The notes under the pieces: model-generated | The model's input: only the letters and a program-made list of their open reading frames with translations | Database searches by the model: none | What the model was told of the DNA's origin: nothing | Translations under genes and position numbers: made by a program | Shown: positions 29,225-40,940 of the stretch, one piece after another | How positions within the stretch are numbered: the first letter of the stretch is position 1 | Layout of the letters: each line of letters starts with the position of its first letter | From: Rikenellaceae bacterium | GTDB taxonomy: Bacteria; Bacteroidota; Bacteroidia; Bacteroidales; Rikenellaceae | NCBI GenBank assembly: GCA_047174325.1 | Contig: JBCQUE010000007.1 | Coordinates: 6,059 to 70,058, forward strand | DNA: 64,000 nt | Direction of reading: 5' to 3'

Positions 29225-29539
29225 CTACAAAAGCGCCTCCAACTTTGCCTGTAGAGCAGCCTTAGTTGTTGCGCCAACCTGCTTGTCGACCAACTCGCCA
29301 CCCTTAAGCATAACGATTGTTGGAATATTACGCACACCGAATTTTGCAACGATGTCGTCATTCTCCTCCACGTCACACTTTGCAACGATGATACGACCCT
29401 CGTACTCCGCTGCCAACTCGTCAACGATCGGAGCGATTGCACGGCAAGGTCCGCACCACTCTGCCCAAAAATCGATTACTACTGGTTGACCTGAGGCAAT
29501 TGTCGCCTCGAAATTCTCTGATGTAATTGCTAATGCCAT
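29225..29539 (-). CDS. trxA: Thioredoxin
   Basis: DFWAEWCGPC, NIPT. Confidence 0.97.
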   Translation of the reverse strand: MALAITSENFEATIASGQPVVIDFWAEWCGPCRAIAPIVDELAAEYEGRIIVAKCDVEENDDIVAKFGVRNIPTIVMLKGGELVDKQVGATTKAALQAKLEALL

Positions 29540-29567
29540 TGTTTAATTGTGTTAAAGTATTATAAGT

Positions 29568-32500
29568 TTATCTAATAGCTAAATTATATTGTATCTGACT
29601 CTGGTCTAAGTACTCCGCAAACTCTCGGCTCATCATCACTTTGTGGCTCTTCGATGTTAGGCTCAGTGTCGTATCTGTCGAGCCATCATAGAGCCTAAAT
29701 TTGAGCTGTGTATCACCCTTTGAGCCCTTTACACTCTGTGTCAGCTCCTGCACCACTGCGCTAGTGAGAGCCTCGATAGGGAGGTGCAACGTCACCGATT
29801 TAATCATCGTGTCCCGCATCTCGCCCAGCTGCACCATCGAACTAATCTTCAGCTCCACGCTATCGGGACGAAACGGGTGCATCTGAACCTTAGCCCGAAT
29901 AAAGAGGAAGTAATCGACATAGAGATACTGCCTAAAGTTCTCATAATCCTTGCCAAAGAGCAAAAATTCGTGCGACCCATTATAATCCTCCAGCGTAAAT
30001 TTTCCCCACGGCTTACCCGTTTTAGTTGTCAAATTCTGTACCGCAGTGACCATTCCCGCCACGCTTATATCTTGGTTCATCAAGCTATCAAGGTTCGAGA
30101 GATCCGACAACTGCTGCTTGCAGAGGTTCTTGATTATAACGTCAAATTCACCCAACGGATGAGCCGACAAATAGAGCCCAATCACCTCACGCTCCTTGCG
30201 AAGTGTCTCCAAATCGCTCAGCGCCAAAGCCCCCACAACAGGCTGAGGCACAGCAATATCTGCCGATCCCGAGTCACCACCAAAGAGGCTCTGTTGTGCA
30301 TTACTTCGCTCCGCTTGCACACGCTGCCCATAACGGATCAACATCTCCAAATGCGTAACGCCACTAACGGGATCGGGCGCAAAGAGTAGCGAACGGTGCA
30401 TTCCCGAGATCGAGTCAAATCCACCCGACCAAGCGATACTCTCGATACACTTTCGATTGACTGCCGAGAAATTAGTTCGCTCCATAAAGTCACTCATACT
30501 CACGTAGTTACCGCTCCGATCTCGCTCCTCAACAATACTTGCAACCGCCGCATCACCAACACCTTTGATGCCGCCCATTCCAAAGCGAACATCACCCGAG
30601 TTATTAGCCGCAAAGGCGTGACGAGACTCATTTATATCGGGGCTCAGAACCTTGATTCCCATTCGTCCACACTCATTCATATAGAACGAGAGTGTCTTAA
30701 TATCGGCCAAATTTCGGCTCAGCAAAGCCGCCATATACTCCGACGGATAGTTCGCCTTGAGATACGCTGTTTGGTAAGCAATCCACGAATAACAAGTGGC
30801 GTGCGACTTATTGAAGGCGTACGATGCAAACTTCTCCCAATCGCCCCAAATCTTATCCAACACCTCCTCTTTGTGTCCATTGGAGATACCTCCAGCGATG
30901 AATTTTGGTTTCAACTCATCAAGCTTATCACGTAGCTTCTTACCCATCGCCTTACGCAACGAATCGGACTCGCCTCGGGTGAAGTTACCCAACAGGCGAG
31001 AGAGAAGCATCACCTGCTCCTGATAGACCGTGATTCCGTAGGTATCCTTCAGATACTTCTCCATCACATCTATGTCGTACTCAATCGGTTTGCGCCCGTG
31101 TTTACGATCGACAAAGTCGGGAATATAATCCATCGGGCCGGGTCGATATAGCGCATTCATCGCAATGAGATCCTCAAACGTGGTTGGCTGCAGCTCTCGC
31201 AGATACTTCTGCATACCTGCCGACTCAAACTGGAACGTGCCCACTGTTCGACCCTCGCTATAGAGTTTGTATGTTGCTGGGTCGTTGATCGCAATCTCCT
31301 CAATATCAAACACTTCGCCACGTGTCTGCTTGATGTTCGCCTGAGCCTCCTTAATGATCGAGAGGGTTTTGAGACCCAAGAAATCCATCTTGATAAGTCC
31401 CGTATCCTCGATGATCGAACCCTCATATTGCGTCACCAACATCTTCTCGCCCGTCTCCTTGTCGTCTGCCGTACTCACTGGAACCCAGTCAGTTATATCG
31501 TCCCTACAGATGATGATACCGCAGGCGTGAACTCCAACATTACGCACATTACCCTCCAACATCTTCGCATACCGCATCGTATCGCTCATCACAGGGTCTG
31601 ATGACTCCTCCGCCGCCTTTAGCTCGGGTATCGCCTTGATTGCGTTAGGAAGGTTCATCTTCATATCGGGGAGCTTGTCGGGGATCAATTTACACAATCT
31701 GTCCGACTCCGATAGCGGCAACTTCTGCACTCGGGCAACATCCTTGATAGATGACTTGGTAGCCATCGTTCCAAAGGTGATGATGTGCGCCACCTTCTCC
31801 TTTCCATACTTCTCCGTCACCCAATTCAGAACTCGACCTCGACCATCATCATCGAAGTCAACATCAATATCGGGCAGCGAGATACGGTCGGGATTCAAGA
31901 AGCGCTCAAACAGAAGATCATATTTGATAGGGTCGATAAGCGTGATACCCAAGCAGTACGCCACAGCCGATCCTGCAGCCGATCCACGACCCGGCCCAAC
32001 CGATACACCTAACTCCTTGCGAGCCACCGAGATAAAATCCTGCACAATCAAGAAGTAACCCGGGAAACCCATCGTCTTCATTATATAGAGCTCGAAATTC
32101 ATCCGCTCCATAACCTCTGCACTCAACGGCTTAGAGGGGTCGTTGGGGTCGCCATATCGCCTCTGAGCCCCCTCATAAGCGATCTTCGCCAAGTAATCCG
32201 CCTCTAGCTTTATTCTGTAGAGCTTGTCGTATCCGCCCAAACTCTTGATCTTCTTCTCACCAGCCTCACGGCTCAGCACCACGTTGCCTAACTCATCCTG
32301 TGTGAACTCATTATACAAATCCTCCTCAGTGAGCCTCGCCCTATACTCCGCCTCCGTACCAAACTCCTCAGGGATCTCAAACGTGGGCATAATTGGCGGA
32401 TTATCAATTGCATAACTCTCCACCTTAGAGGCAACCTCCAACGTATTCTCCAACGCCTCAGGAATGTAGCCAAAGACACTCTCCATCTCCTGAGCCGTCT

Positions 32501-33416
32501 TCATCCACTCCTGCTTGGTGTACAACATTCGCTTCTCGTCATCCAGATCCTTACCCGTACTGAGGCAGATCAAACGGTCGTGAGCCTCAGCATTCTCCTC
32601 ATCCACAAAGTGAACATCATTCGTAGCAACCAACTTTACATCATACTTTCTCGCCAATTCGATAAGAGTAGGATTGATCCTCTCCTGCAGCTCAGCCGCC
32701 TCGTGATTAGCCCTCTGCACGGTTGCTTTGTGGTGCTGCAACTCTAGGTAGTAATCCTCGCCAAAGATACTTTTGTGCCACTGGATAGCCTCCTCTGCCG
32801 CCTCTGTATCCTCATTTTTGAGTAGCTTTTGTGGCACTTCGCCTCCGATACAAGCCGAGCAGCAGATCAGCCCCTCTGAGTATCTTTCAAGATCCTTTCT
32901 GTCGGTACGTGGACGCATATAATAACCATCCGTCCAAGCCCTCGAAACGATCTTCACCAAGTTGTGATAACCCGTCTGATTCTTCGCCAAAAGTATCAAG
33001 TGATAACCACTATGGTCGGGCTTACCGTTCTTCTGCTCCTTATCTCCGTGGCGAGCTACATATACCTCACAACCGATGATTGGCTTGAAGTTGAGTTTCT
33101 GCTTTAGCTCATAAATCTTCTCCTCATTCTCCTCTTTGGTCTTTTGAGGATCTTCACCCTCAGTCGCTGCATAACGCCCCTCGTCGATCGAGAGGTTGGT
33201 CTTCTCCAGCTTCGCTAGATCGCCCTTCAGCCCTTTTTTTTTCTTGCCGATGTAACCCAAAAACTCCTTGATAGAGAACATCACACCGTGGTCAGTCACA
33301 GCGATTGCGGGCATCCCGTTCGCCATCGCTTTATCCACGAGGCGAGCGATCGATGCTTGACCATCGAGTACTGAGTATTGTGTGTGTACGTGTAGATGTA
33401 CAAATTTCTCTATCAT
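29568..33416 (-). CDS. dnaE: DNA polymerase III alpha subunit
   Basis: HLHVHTQYSVLDG, GPGRGSAAGS, PDIDVDF, YAFNKSHA; TATCTTTG box minus 33449-33456. Confidence 0.98.
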   Translation of the reverse strand: MIEKFVHLHVHTQYSVLDGQASIARLVDKAMANGMPAIAVTDHGVMFSIKEFLGYIGKKKKGLKGDLAKLEKTNLSIDEGRYAATEGEDPQKTKEENEEKIYELKQKLNFKPIIGCEVYVARHGDKEQKNGKPDHSGYHLILLAKNQTGYHNLVKIVSRAWTDGYYMRPRTDRKDLERYSEGLICCSACIGGEVPQKLLKNEDTEAAEEAIQWHKSIFGEDYYLELQHHKATVQRANHEAAELQERINPTLIELARKYDVKLVATNDVHFVDEENAEAHDRLICLSTGKDLDDEKRMLYTKQEWMKTAQEMESVFGYIPEALENTLEVASKVESYAIDNPPIMPTFEIPEEFGTEAEYRARLTEEDLYNEFTQDELGNVVLSREAGEKKIKSLGGYDKLYRIKLEADYLAKIAYEGAQRRYGDPNDPSKPLSAEVMERMNFELYIMKTMGFPGYFLIVQDFISVARKELGVSVGPGRGSAAGSAVAYCLGITLIDPIKYDLLFERFLNPDRISLPDIDVDFDDDGRGRVLNWVTEKYGKEKVAHIITFGTMATKSSIKDVARVQKLPLSESDRLCKLIPDKLPDMKMNLPNAIKAIPELKAAEESSDPVMSDTMRYAKMLEGNVRNVGVHACGIIICRDDITDWVPVSTADDKETGEKMLVTQYEGSIIEDTGLIKMDFLGLKTLSIIKEAQANIKQTRGEVFDIEEIAINDPATYKLYSEGRTVGTFQFESAGMQKYLRELQPTTFEDLIAMNALYRPGPMDYIPDFVDRKHGRKPIEYDIDVMEKYLKDTYGITVYQEQVMLLSRLLGNFTRGESDSLRKAMGKKLRDKLDELKPKFIAGGISNGHKEEVLDKIWGDWEKFASYAFNKSHATCYSWIAYQTAYLKANYPSEYMAALLSRNLADIKTLSFYMNECGRMGIKVLSPDINESRHAFAANNSGDVRFGMGGIKGVGDAAVASIVEERDRSGNYVSMSDFMERTNFSAVNRKCIESIAWSGGFDSISGMHRSLLFAPDPVSGVTHLEMLIRYGQRVQAERSNAQQSLFGGDSGSADIAVPQPVVGALALSDLETLRKEREVIGLYLSAHPLGEFDVIIKNLCKQQLSDLSNLDSLMNQDISVAGMVTAVQNLTTKTGKPWGKFTLEDYNGSHEFLLFGKDYENFRQYLYVDYFLFIRAKVQMHPFRPDSVELKISSMVQLGEMRDTMIKSVTLHLPIEALTSAVVQELTQSVKGSKGDTQLKFRLYDGSTDTTLSLTSKSHKVMMSREFAEYLDQSQIQYNLAIR

Positions 33417-33559
33417 AATTGAAACTTAAAGTTACTTGCGTTCGACCACAAAGATATAATTATTTTATCAAAAAAACGGCACAAATTTTGTCAATTTGAA
33501 AATATTTTGTAACTTGGGTGTACAAACCACTCAACATTAACCGATAATATTAATTACCT

Positions 33560-33805
33560 ATGAAACACGACACTATGGTTGTACTTACGGAGTACGACTC
33601 AATCACACAAGCGGAGATCGCCAAAACACTCCTTGATGAGATGGGAATTTGGTCGATGATTAATAATGAATATATGTCGACAATCTATCCAACAGGCATT
33701 ATGCCTGCACAGATGATCGTTATGGAGCAAGATCTACAGAGAGCCAAAAAGTGCCTCGCCGATGCTCTTATTCAGAGTGAGGAGGAGGCTGGCGCTGAGG
33801 GGTAA
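33560..33805 (+). CDS. DUF2007-like small protein
   Basis: AEIAKTLLDEMGI...V.E.D..RA pattern; AT-rich leader. Confidence 0.7.
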   Translation: MKHDTMVVLTEYDSITQAEIAKTLLDEMGIWSMINNEYMSTIYPTGIMPAQMIVMEQDLQRAKKCLADALIQSEEEAGAEG

Positions 33806-33859
33806 CCTTTCGATTTTGGGGCTCTTAGCGGTAATTTAGGCGGTGTGGCGATATGGAGG

Positions 33860-34597
33860 TCATTGATTCCAAATCATCCACGCCGCCTCTGCTTGTCCGA
33901 TCAGCATCTCGCTGCCGTTCTTGACCTTTGCGCCCTGCTTTTGTCCGCTCTCCAGAAACTTAGTGAGTGGGGGATTGTAGACCAAATCAAATAGATAATG
34001 GTTAGAGGTTAAAGCCTCGTAAGGGATCTCGGGAGCTGTTGAAGTATTGGGGTAAGTGCCTAGCGGTGTTGCATTGATTATCAGCTTATTATCGCTTATT
34101 ACATCAGGCGTTACTTCACTATAGTTTAGTCGCCATTCGCCCCCTTGTCTCGAAACCAATTTATACTCAATATCAAGCTCCCTAAGTATATATTCAGCCG
34201 CCAATGCAGCGCCACCTGTCCCCAAGATCAGTGCCCGTGTGGGTCTCTCGCCCGATAGCAAATCGAGCAGCGAACTACGCAATCCAACAACATCAGTGTT
34301 GTATCCAACAAGAGCTCCATCCGCCTCACGCTTAACGCAATTCACAGCGCCCACAGCCTCCGCCTCGGGCGACAGCGAACTCAAGAACTTGATAACTTGC
34401 TGCTTATAAGGGATCGTAACATTGAACCCCTCCAACTCGGGTGTCGAGCTCAAAAGCTGCTCCAACTCATCGATCGCAGCCAACTCATAGAGCGAGTATT
34501 CACACCCCTCAATCCCCTCACGGCGAAACTTTCCAGCGAAATATTTACCCGAAAACGAGTGGGGCAAATGCTCTCCAATTAATCCAAACTTACGCAC
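33860..34597 (-). CDS. aroE: Shikimate dehydrogenase
   Basis: HSFS, GFNVTIPYK, GAVNC, YNTD, DLVYNP; GTG start. Confidence 0.95.
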   Translation of the reverse strand: MRKFGLIGEHLPHSFSGKYFAGKFRREGIEGCEYSLYELAAIDELEQLLSSTPELEGFNVTIPYKQQVIKFLSSLSPEAEAVGAVNCVKREADGALVGYNTDVVGLRSSLLDLLSGERPTRALILGTGGAALAAEYILRELDIEYKLVSRQGGEWRLNYSEVTPDVISDNKLIINATPLGTYPNTSTAPEIPYEALTSNHYLFDLVYNPPLTKFLESGQKQGAKVKNGSEMLIGQAEAAWMIWNQ

Positions 34598-34708
34598 TTT
34601 ATATCTAATTTTATCTCTAACTTTTATATCTAGCTTTATAACAATAATAGCTTCGTAACCGCTTTACATACACACTCTTACTTAATGTACACGCTCTTAC
34701 TTTTACGG

Positions 34709-35593
34709 CTACTTTTTATCCGAAAACCTCTCCAGCAACAGCACCAACCCACCGCCAATCACCATCATCAACAGAGCGCCTAGAATCATTCCATCTGGAG
34801 CGATATTGCGGCTCATCTCTACACCTCGTTCGATATACAACTCTTTCCAAGGCCAGACCTTACCGAGTGACCCCAACATAAAGCCCGCCAATAACGCAAC
34901 CGTAATGTCGTGATACCGACTAAATAGATATGATAACACATTAGAGAAGAGCACGATACCGATCGCCGCACCAGCACCAAACACAGCGATAACCTCCAAA
35001 TTAAAGCCCTTGATCGACTCCATTATATAGTGATACTTGCCCATCAACAGAAGTATAAAGCTGCCCGAAATACCCGGCAAAATCATTGCGCAAATAGCCA
35101 CCGCACCACACAAAAAGATGAATGGCAATCCATCGGGTGTAGCGGCAGGCGTAGCCGATGTAACGAAGATAGCCACCGCACAACCCACAGCAAATGAGAT
35201 CCAACGGCTCAATCTCCACTCCCGAACCTGTTTAGAGACACTATGCACCGAGGCGATGATAAGCCCAAAAAAGAGCGACCAAATCAACACAGGGTGGTGC
35301 TCCAAAAGATAGGTGATAACCCGAGCCAACGAGACAACGCTAATAGCGATACCGCACAATACAGAGATCAAAAACGGTGCATTTACAGCCCGAAAAAACT
35401 CCTTGAATCTCAGTGTCGCCAAGAGTTTTAGTGAGCTCAAATTCACACTCTTAATAGAGTTAATCAGCTCCTCATAAATCCCGACAATAAAGGCAATTGT
35501 TCCGCCCGAAACCCCAGGCACAACATCCGCTGCACCCATACCTACACCCTTAAATATCAGTGTTATATAATCCTTTAGTCCTCTCTCAGTCAT
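34709..35593 (-). CDS. DUF368 family membrane protein
   Basis: ADVVPGVSGGTIA and AMILPGISGS repeated motifs. Confidence 0.92.
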   Translation of the reverse strand: MTERGLKDYITLIFKGVGMGAADVVPGVSGGTIAFIVGIYEELINSIKSVNLSSLKLLATLRFKEFFRAVNAPFLISVLCGIAISVVSLARVITYLLEHHPVLIWSLFFGLIIASVHSVSKQVREWRLSRWISFAVGCAVAIFVTSATPAATPDGLPFIFLCGAVAICAMILPGISGSFILLLMGKYHYIMESIKGFNLEVIAVFGAGAAIGIVLFSNVLSYLFSRYHDITVALLAGFMLGSLGKVWPWKELYIERGVEMSRNIAPDGMILGALLMMVIGGGLVLLLERFSDKK

Positions 35594-35633
35594 CTCTTTA
35601 GTTATTCACTTTATTATTTACTCCACACACTTG

Positions 35634-35705
35634 ATCTATACTTCAATCTATACTTCAATCTATACTTCAATCTATACTTCAATCTATACTTCAATCTATA
35701 CTTCA
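35634..35705. repeat. Perfect 12-bp tandem array x6
   Basis: atctatacttca x6 between fmt and DUF368. Confidence 0.97.
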
Positions 35706-35718
35706 CACACCCAATTAC

Positions 35719-36681
35719 TTACTCTGCTCGATACTGCTCGATCCCCTTAAAGCCGAGCAACAGATCCTTCACACCCATACGCTTTTTGCCAGCCAACTGA
35801 ATCGATCCAATCTCAACTGCTCCATCACTGCAACCAACCCTTATGTAGCTCCTGTTATCGCTCTCGATCTCACCTACAGCGAGCGATCCACCCTCTGTAA
35901 ATCGAGCCGCAAATATCTTGGCTGTAGTCATCTCACCATCAACATTAACAAGGTTGCACCAAGCAGCAGGGTATGGCGAAAGTCCCCTCACGAAGTTCAC
36001 AATCGAAACCCCATCTCTGCTCCAATCAATCAGGCAATCTTGCTTGAAAATCTTGGGAGCTGGACGAAGTGTACTCTCGTCGATATGAGCCTGCTCGATG
36101 GGTGTAAAATCGCCCGTGGCGAGCATCTCAACGCTCTCCAGAACCACATCTGTGCCCATCGTCATCAATCTCTCGTAGAGCTCTCCGACGCACTCCTCCT
36201 CGCCAATCTCGACACTACGCTGCATCAAAATCGCCCCTTGGTCGATCTTCTCATTGAGCAGAAATGTCGTTACGCCCGTCACCTTATCGCCATTAATAAT
36301 AGCGTGATTAATAGGCGCTGCACCTCTATACTCAGGCAACAGCGAGGCGTGTAGATTAAATGTACCCAATCGAGGCATCGACCAAATAATCTGAGGCAAC
36401 ATCCGAAAGGCAATCACCACCGCAAGGTCTGCATCGAGCGCTCGATAAGCCTCCACAAAGCTCTCCTCACGCAACTTCTCAGGCTGCAAAATCGGCAAAC
36501 CTAGACGCATCGCCTCACGCTTAACGTCACACTCATATATCTTCTGACCTCGACCAGCAGCTCTGTCGGGTGTCGTCACAACGCCCACAACATTATATCC
36601 ACCCTCCACAAGTGCTCGCAATGACGGCACAGCAAACTCGGGCGTTCCCATAAAAACTATACGTAGATCCTTTCCGCTCAC
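35719..36681 (-). CDS. fmt: Methionyl-tRNA formyltransferase
   Basis: FMGTPEFA, NLHASLLPEYRGAAPIN, APKI. Confidence 0.97.
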   Translation of the reverse strand: MSGKDLRIVFMGTPEFAVPSLRALVEGGYNVVGVVTTPDRAAGRGQKIYECDVKREAMRLGLPILQPEKLREESFVEAYRALDADLAVVIAFRMLPQIIWSMPRLGTFNLHASLLPEYRGAAPINHAIINGDKVTGVTTFLLNEKIDQGAILMQRSVEIGEEECVGELYERLMTMGTDVVLESVEMLATGDFTPIEQAHIDESTLRPAPKIFKQDCLIDWSRDGVSIVNFVRGLSPYPAAWCNLVNVDGEMTTAKIFAARFTEGGSLAVGEIESDNRSYIRVGCSDGAVEIGSIQLAGKKRMGVKDLLLGFKGIEQYRAE

Positions 36682-36686
36682 CTCTA

Positions 36687-37907
36687 TTACTTCTTAAGAC
36701 CCAATGTGTGACCCATCCTCTCCTCCTTGGTCATCAAATACTTCACGTCGTGTTTATTTGGGCAGATCACAATCGGCACAATCTCCGAAATCTCCAAGCC
36801 GTAGCCCTCCAATCCAACACGTTTCGTAGGGTTATTTGTCATCAATTTCATCTTGTGGATACCCAACTCACGCAAGATACTCGCTCCAACTCCGTAGTCT
36901 CTCTCGTCTGGTTTGAACCCAAGCGCCACATTTGCATCGACCGTATCCATTCCCTCATCCTGCAACTTATACGCCGCAATCTTATTGAGCAGACCGATAC
37001 CTCGACCCTCCTGCATAAGGTACACAACAGCGCCCTTGCCCTCGGCCTCGACCATCTGCAGAGCAGTGTGTAGCTGTGAACCACAATCACAACGGCACGA
37101 GCCCAAAATATCGCCCGTAGCGCAAGATGAGTGGACACGAACCAGCACCTCCTCATCAGCCGTCCAGCTACCCTTGGTGATCGCCATATGCTCCAAGCCG
37201 TTCGACTTTTGGCGGAAGATCGTAATGTTGAAATCACCATCCACCGTTGGCAACGGAACAGTCACACCGTGCTCCACGATCGACTCTTCACGCAATCTGT
37301 AGGCAATGAGATCAGCTATTGAGATGATCTTCATATCGAACTTTTGAGCGACACTCTCTAGGTCAGCCATACGAGCCATCGTTCCATCCTCATTCATAAT
37401 CTCGATCAGCACACCAGCTGGCTGCAACCCCGCCAAGCGAGCCAAATCTACAGCCGCCTCAGTGTGACCGGGTCGACGCAAAACGCCCTTCTCACGGGCA
37501 CGCAAAGGGTTAATATGACCGGGGCGACCAAGATCCGTAGGCTTAGTCGCTGGATCAGCCAACGCCCTAAGCGTAGCTGCTCGGTCGTGTATTGATACAC
37601 CTGTGGTGCATCCATCGTGTAGATAGTCGACCGTAACGGTAAATGGAGTGCCAAGCAGCGAGGTGTTAACCTGCTCCATCATCCCCAACTCAAACTGAGC
37701 ACAACGCTCCTCACTAAGTGGTGCACACAACAGACCTCGTCCGTGTTTAAGCATAAAGTTCACATCCTCCTCAGTCACCTTCTCCGCAGCCATAATGAAG
37801 TCACCCTCATTCTCTCGATCCTCGTCATCTACAACGATTATCATCTTTCCATTGCGGAAATCCTCGATTGCCTCCTCGACACTGTTTAAAACAAAATTTT
37901 CACTCAT
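36687..37907 (-). CDS. ribBA: Bifunctional DHBP synthase / GTP cyclohydrolase II
   Basis: [42 protein letters not shown]. Confidence 0.97.
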   Translation of the reverse strand: MSENFVLNSVEEAIEDFRNGKMIIVVDDEDRENEGDFIMAAEKVTEEDVNFMLKHGRGLLCAPLSEERCAQFELGMMEQVNTSLLGTPFTVTVDYLHDGCTTGVSIHDRAATLRALADPATKPTDLGRPGHINPLRAREKGVLRRPGHTEAAVDLARLAGLQPAGVLIEIMNEDGTMARMADLESVAQKFDMKIISIADLIAYRLREESIVEHGVTVPLPTVDGDFNITIFRQKSNGLEHMAITKGSWTADEEVLVRVHSSCATGDILGSCRCDCGSQLHTALQMVEAEGKGAVVYLMQEGRGIGLLNKIAAYKLQDEGMDTVDANVALGFKPDERDYGVGASILRELGIHKMKLMTNNPTKRVGLEGYGLEISEIVPIVICPNKHDVKYLMTKEERMGHTLGLKK

Positions 37908-37915
37908 ATTTTTAC

Positions 37916-39394
37916 TTAACTATTTCCTGCTTTTTTACTCTTTTTCAATCTCTTTGGTATCACTAAATTCACCAACTTTTTCACAGCCTTAATGTATGGA
38001 TCTCGGTCAAAAAGTGCCGAGTCACTATTAGCCTTATATGTCAAATATATCGCCACGGGGGTGAGGATGTACGCCGAGAACCACATTCCGCCCAGCGCCA
38101 CCCAAGTTCCCTCCTTAGCCATCTTCTCACCCGTCAACGAAATAATGTAATAAATCACAAAGAAGATCACCGAGACCACAATAGGCATACCCAAACCACC
38201 CTTACGTATGATCGCCCCGAGCGGTGCTCCGATCAAGAAGAAGATGATAATCGAGATCGGCGTAGTGAGTTTTCTGTGCCACTCAACCTGTGAAAGATAG
38301 AGCCTCTTCAAACCCTGCTTTGTACTCGCCTCATCGTGCGTGAACATATTTCGGGAGTTCTTTGCCTGTCTACGTGCCGTGCTCCAAACACTCTGTCGAC
38401 TTCTCAAATCGAGTTTGTCAATCGAGTCGAGCGCCATAATTCCAGCCATCCCCTGCTTGTCAACCATTAGCGAGTCGGGGAGCAGCAACACCGAGTGGTC
38501 TCGTGCAAATATCTGCTGCTTAAGCAGTGGTTCATAAGACTTTACGGTCGAGGTGTTCACCACCTTTCTCAGCGAATCAATATCATCCTGTAGCTCCGTG
38601 ATGGTCATCGTCTGACTTCCTTTAAAGTTCTCAGAATCAGTTCGTTGATCCATCGAGAAACCCTCCATCGGCAGCGCTCCATATTGCGTCTCAAACTTAT
38701 TGTGTCTCAGCTCGCTCTTGTTGTACCAACTTGCCGAGCGTGTCTGTTCATAAGTATGACCATTAAAAAGCGTCACCAACAACATCGATTTATCATCCGA
38801 TAGGCGAATGTAGCCCGAATCGGCAACCGTTGTTGTCATATCGCCATTTATCGCACGGTTATCATAGATCAATACATCACGCAACAGCTTAGTTTTCGGA
38901 TCTTGTTTCCCGACCCTGATACTCATATTCTCGATGCCGTTGAAGAATAGTCCATCTTTAAACTCGATCACCTGCTTTTGACGACGAATATCATAGATGA
39001 TGCTATACATCTTCTTGTTAGAGTAGGGGACTAAGTCATTGACAATAAAGAAGCTACCCACCGAAATAAAGGCGATAACATAGATCAGCGGCTCGATGAT
39101 ACGCAGCAGTGACATTCCTGCTGACTTCATAGCCAACAGCTCATAATTTTCACCTAAGTTACCCATCGTCATAATCGCCGCCAAAAGCAACGACAGGGGT
39201 AATCCGAGCGGGATCATATTGACCATTGCATAGCTCATCAATTCAATGATGATTGGTGCATCGAGCCCCTTACCCACCAACTCATCGATATATCGCCAGA
39301 CGAAATTCATCATCAACACGAACATAACGATAAAGAAGGTGAGGAACATTGGTCCCAAGTATGACTTCAATACAAGTATGTGGATTCGCTTCAT
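37916..39394 (-). CDS. LptF/LptG family permease
   Basis: [33 protein letters not shown]; ATG 39394 chosen because TAAATTTG box lies at minus 39442-39449. Confidence 0.92.
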   Translation of the reverse strand: MKRIHILVLKSYLGPMFLTFFIVMFVLMMNFVWRYIDELVGKGLDAPIIIELMSYAMVNMIPLGLPLSLLLAAIMTMGNLGENYELLAMKSAGMSLLRIIEPLIYVIAFISVGSFFIVNDLVPYSNKKMYSIIYDIRRQKQVIEFKDGLFFNGIENMSIRVGKQDPKTKLLRDVLIYDNRAINGDMTTTVADSGYIRLSDDKSMLLVTLFNGHTYEQTRSASWYNKSELRHNKFETQYGALPMEGFSMDQRTDSENFKGSQTMTITELQDDIDSLRKVVNTSTVKSYEPLLKQQIFARDHSVLLLPDSLMVDKQGMAGIMALDSIDKLDLRSRQSVWSTARRQAKNSRNMFTHDEASTKQGLKRLYLSQVEWHRKLTTPISIIIFFLIGAPLGAIIRKGGLGMPIVVSVIFFVIYYIISLTGEKMAKEGTWVALGGMWFSAYILTPVAIYLTYKANSDSALFDRDPYIKAVKKLVNLVIPKRLKKSKKAGNS

Positions 39395-39581
39395 TACATC
39401 TCTTTCATATCTCCGCCAAATCGGCAGGGTCATTTTGTTCGCAAATTTACACAAAAAAACTGAATAATTAACGCTATGTAGAAAAATATATTGTTTCGCT
39501 TTAAATATTGTCATTTCTAACTTTTTTTGTATATATTTGTGCAAATCGTTTCAATTTTCATTTTTTCAATTTAGATTTAGG

Positions 39582-40907
39582 ATGTCACTCAGAGTATCAT
39601 TTCACACATTAGGCTGCAAATTAAACTTTTCAGAGAGTTCAACACTCGCCCGTCACTTCGAGCAGGAGGGTGGTTTTGTGCGTGTTGAACCCAATGCCGA
39701 GGCGGATATTTGCATCATTAATAGCTGCTCGGTGACGGAGCACTCCGATAAGAAGTGTCGCAACCTAATTCGGAAACTTCACCGCCGTAACCCCAGCGCC
39801 ATAATCGCTGTGACGGGGTGTTATGCACAGCTCAAACCACACGATATTGCGGCTATTAATGGTGTCGATATAGTGCTGAGTAACAACGACAAAGGCGATA
39901 TGCTTAAGCAGGTGCTTTTACTCACTACTCGTGCAGAATCAGATGAGACGAAACCACCCGTAGTGACTAGCTGCACGACCGATGAGCTCACCTCGTTCTT
40001 CGCCTCGTTTTCGAGTGGCGACCGAACCCGAGCCTTTTTGAAGGTGCAGGATGGGTGCGACTATAAGTGTTCGTACTGCACGATACACTACGCTCGGGGT
40101 AAGAGCCGAAATGCTCCAATTGCGGATGTCGTGGAGCAGGCTCGCAAGATTGCCGAGTCGGGTGCTCGTGAGATCGTCATCACGGGAATCAATACGGGTG
40201 ATTTTGGACGAACAACAGGCGAGCGGTTTATCGATCTACTTCGTGCACTTAATGAGGTGGAGGGGATCGACCGCTACAGGATCTCTTCGATCGAACCAAA
40301 CCTACTCACCGATGAGATAATAGAGTTCTGTGCTGCATCGCCAAAGTTCCAACACCACTTCCATATTCCGCTACAGAGTGGTTCGGATGAGATCTTGGGG
40401 TTGATGAGGAGGCGATACACAACAGCAAAATTTGCGGAGAGAGTGGCTGCTGTGCGTAGAGCGATGCCCGATGCCTTTATCGGTATCGATGTGATTGTTG
40501 GATTCCCTAGCGAGAGCGATGCGCACTTCGATGAGACATATAATTTCTTGGAGAGTATCAAACCATCGTTCCTGCATATCTTCCCATTCTCGGAGCGAAG
40601 AGGTACGCCAGCGGTCGATTTTAGAGGCAAAGTTGCGCCATACATTGCCACAGAACGAGCTGCAAGACTGGAGCTGCTCAGCAAACGACTGCATCGTGAA
40701 TTTTGCTCGGCAGCGATCGGTAAGCGTTATGATGTTTTGGTCGAGAGCACGATGAAACGTGGGTCGATGTTCGGCTACACGGGAGAGTATCGTCGAGTGG
40801 CTATTAAGTATGATAGAACGTTAATTAACAAGATTATATCTGTAGAGATAACAGGAGTTGACGGCTCGGGACTTGCCGATCTTTCGGGTCGGGTTGTGAC
40901 GGAGTGA
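39582..40907 (+). CDS. mtaB: tRNA methylthiotransferase MtaB
   Basis: HTLGCKLN, NSCSVT, QDGCDYKCSYC radical-SAM motif; TATATTTG box at 39532-39539. Confidence 0.95.
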   Translation: MSLRVSFHTLGCKLNFSESSTLARHFEQEGGFVRVEPNAEADICIINSCSVTEHSDKKCRNLIRKLHRRNPSAIIAVTGCYAQLKPHDIAAINGVDIVLSNNDKGDMLKQVLLLTTRAESDETKPPVVTSCTTDELTSFFASFSSGDRTRAFLKVQDGCDYKCSYCTIHYARGKSRNAPIADVVEQARKIAESGAREIVITGINTGDFGRTTGERFIDLLRALNEVEGIDRYRISSIEPNLLTDEIIEFCAASPKFQHHFHIPLQSGSDEILGLMRRRYTTAKFAERVAAVRRAMPDAFIGIDVIVGFPSESDAHFDETYNFLESIKPSFLHIFPFSERRGTPAVDFRGKVAPYIATERAARLELLSKRLHREFCSAAIGKRYDVLVESTMKRGSMFGYTGEYRRVAIKYDRTLINKIISVEITGVDGSGLADLSGRVVTE

Positions 40908-40940
40908 TTAAGGGGACGGAGCAATTAAGCAATAATTTAT

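Noticed and set aside
32200-33250. Intein or novel domains in DnaE
   Set aside because: The two insertions are short and helical or charged with no Cys..His-Asn splice motifs; similar inserts are, from recall, usual in Bacteroidales DnaE.
39395-39581. Overlapping long N-termini for lptF and mtaB (and similar extensions for DUF1015, murB, GT2, sua5, the 29218 start)
   Set aside because: The extensions cover promoter boxes, repeats or neighbouring genes; downstream ATGs give family-typical N-termini.
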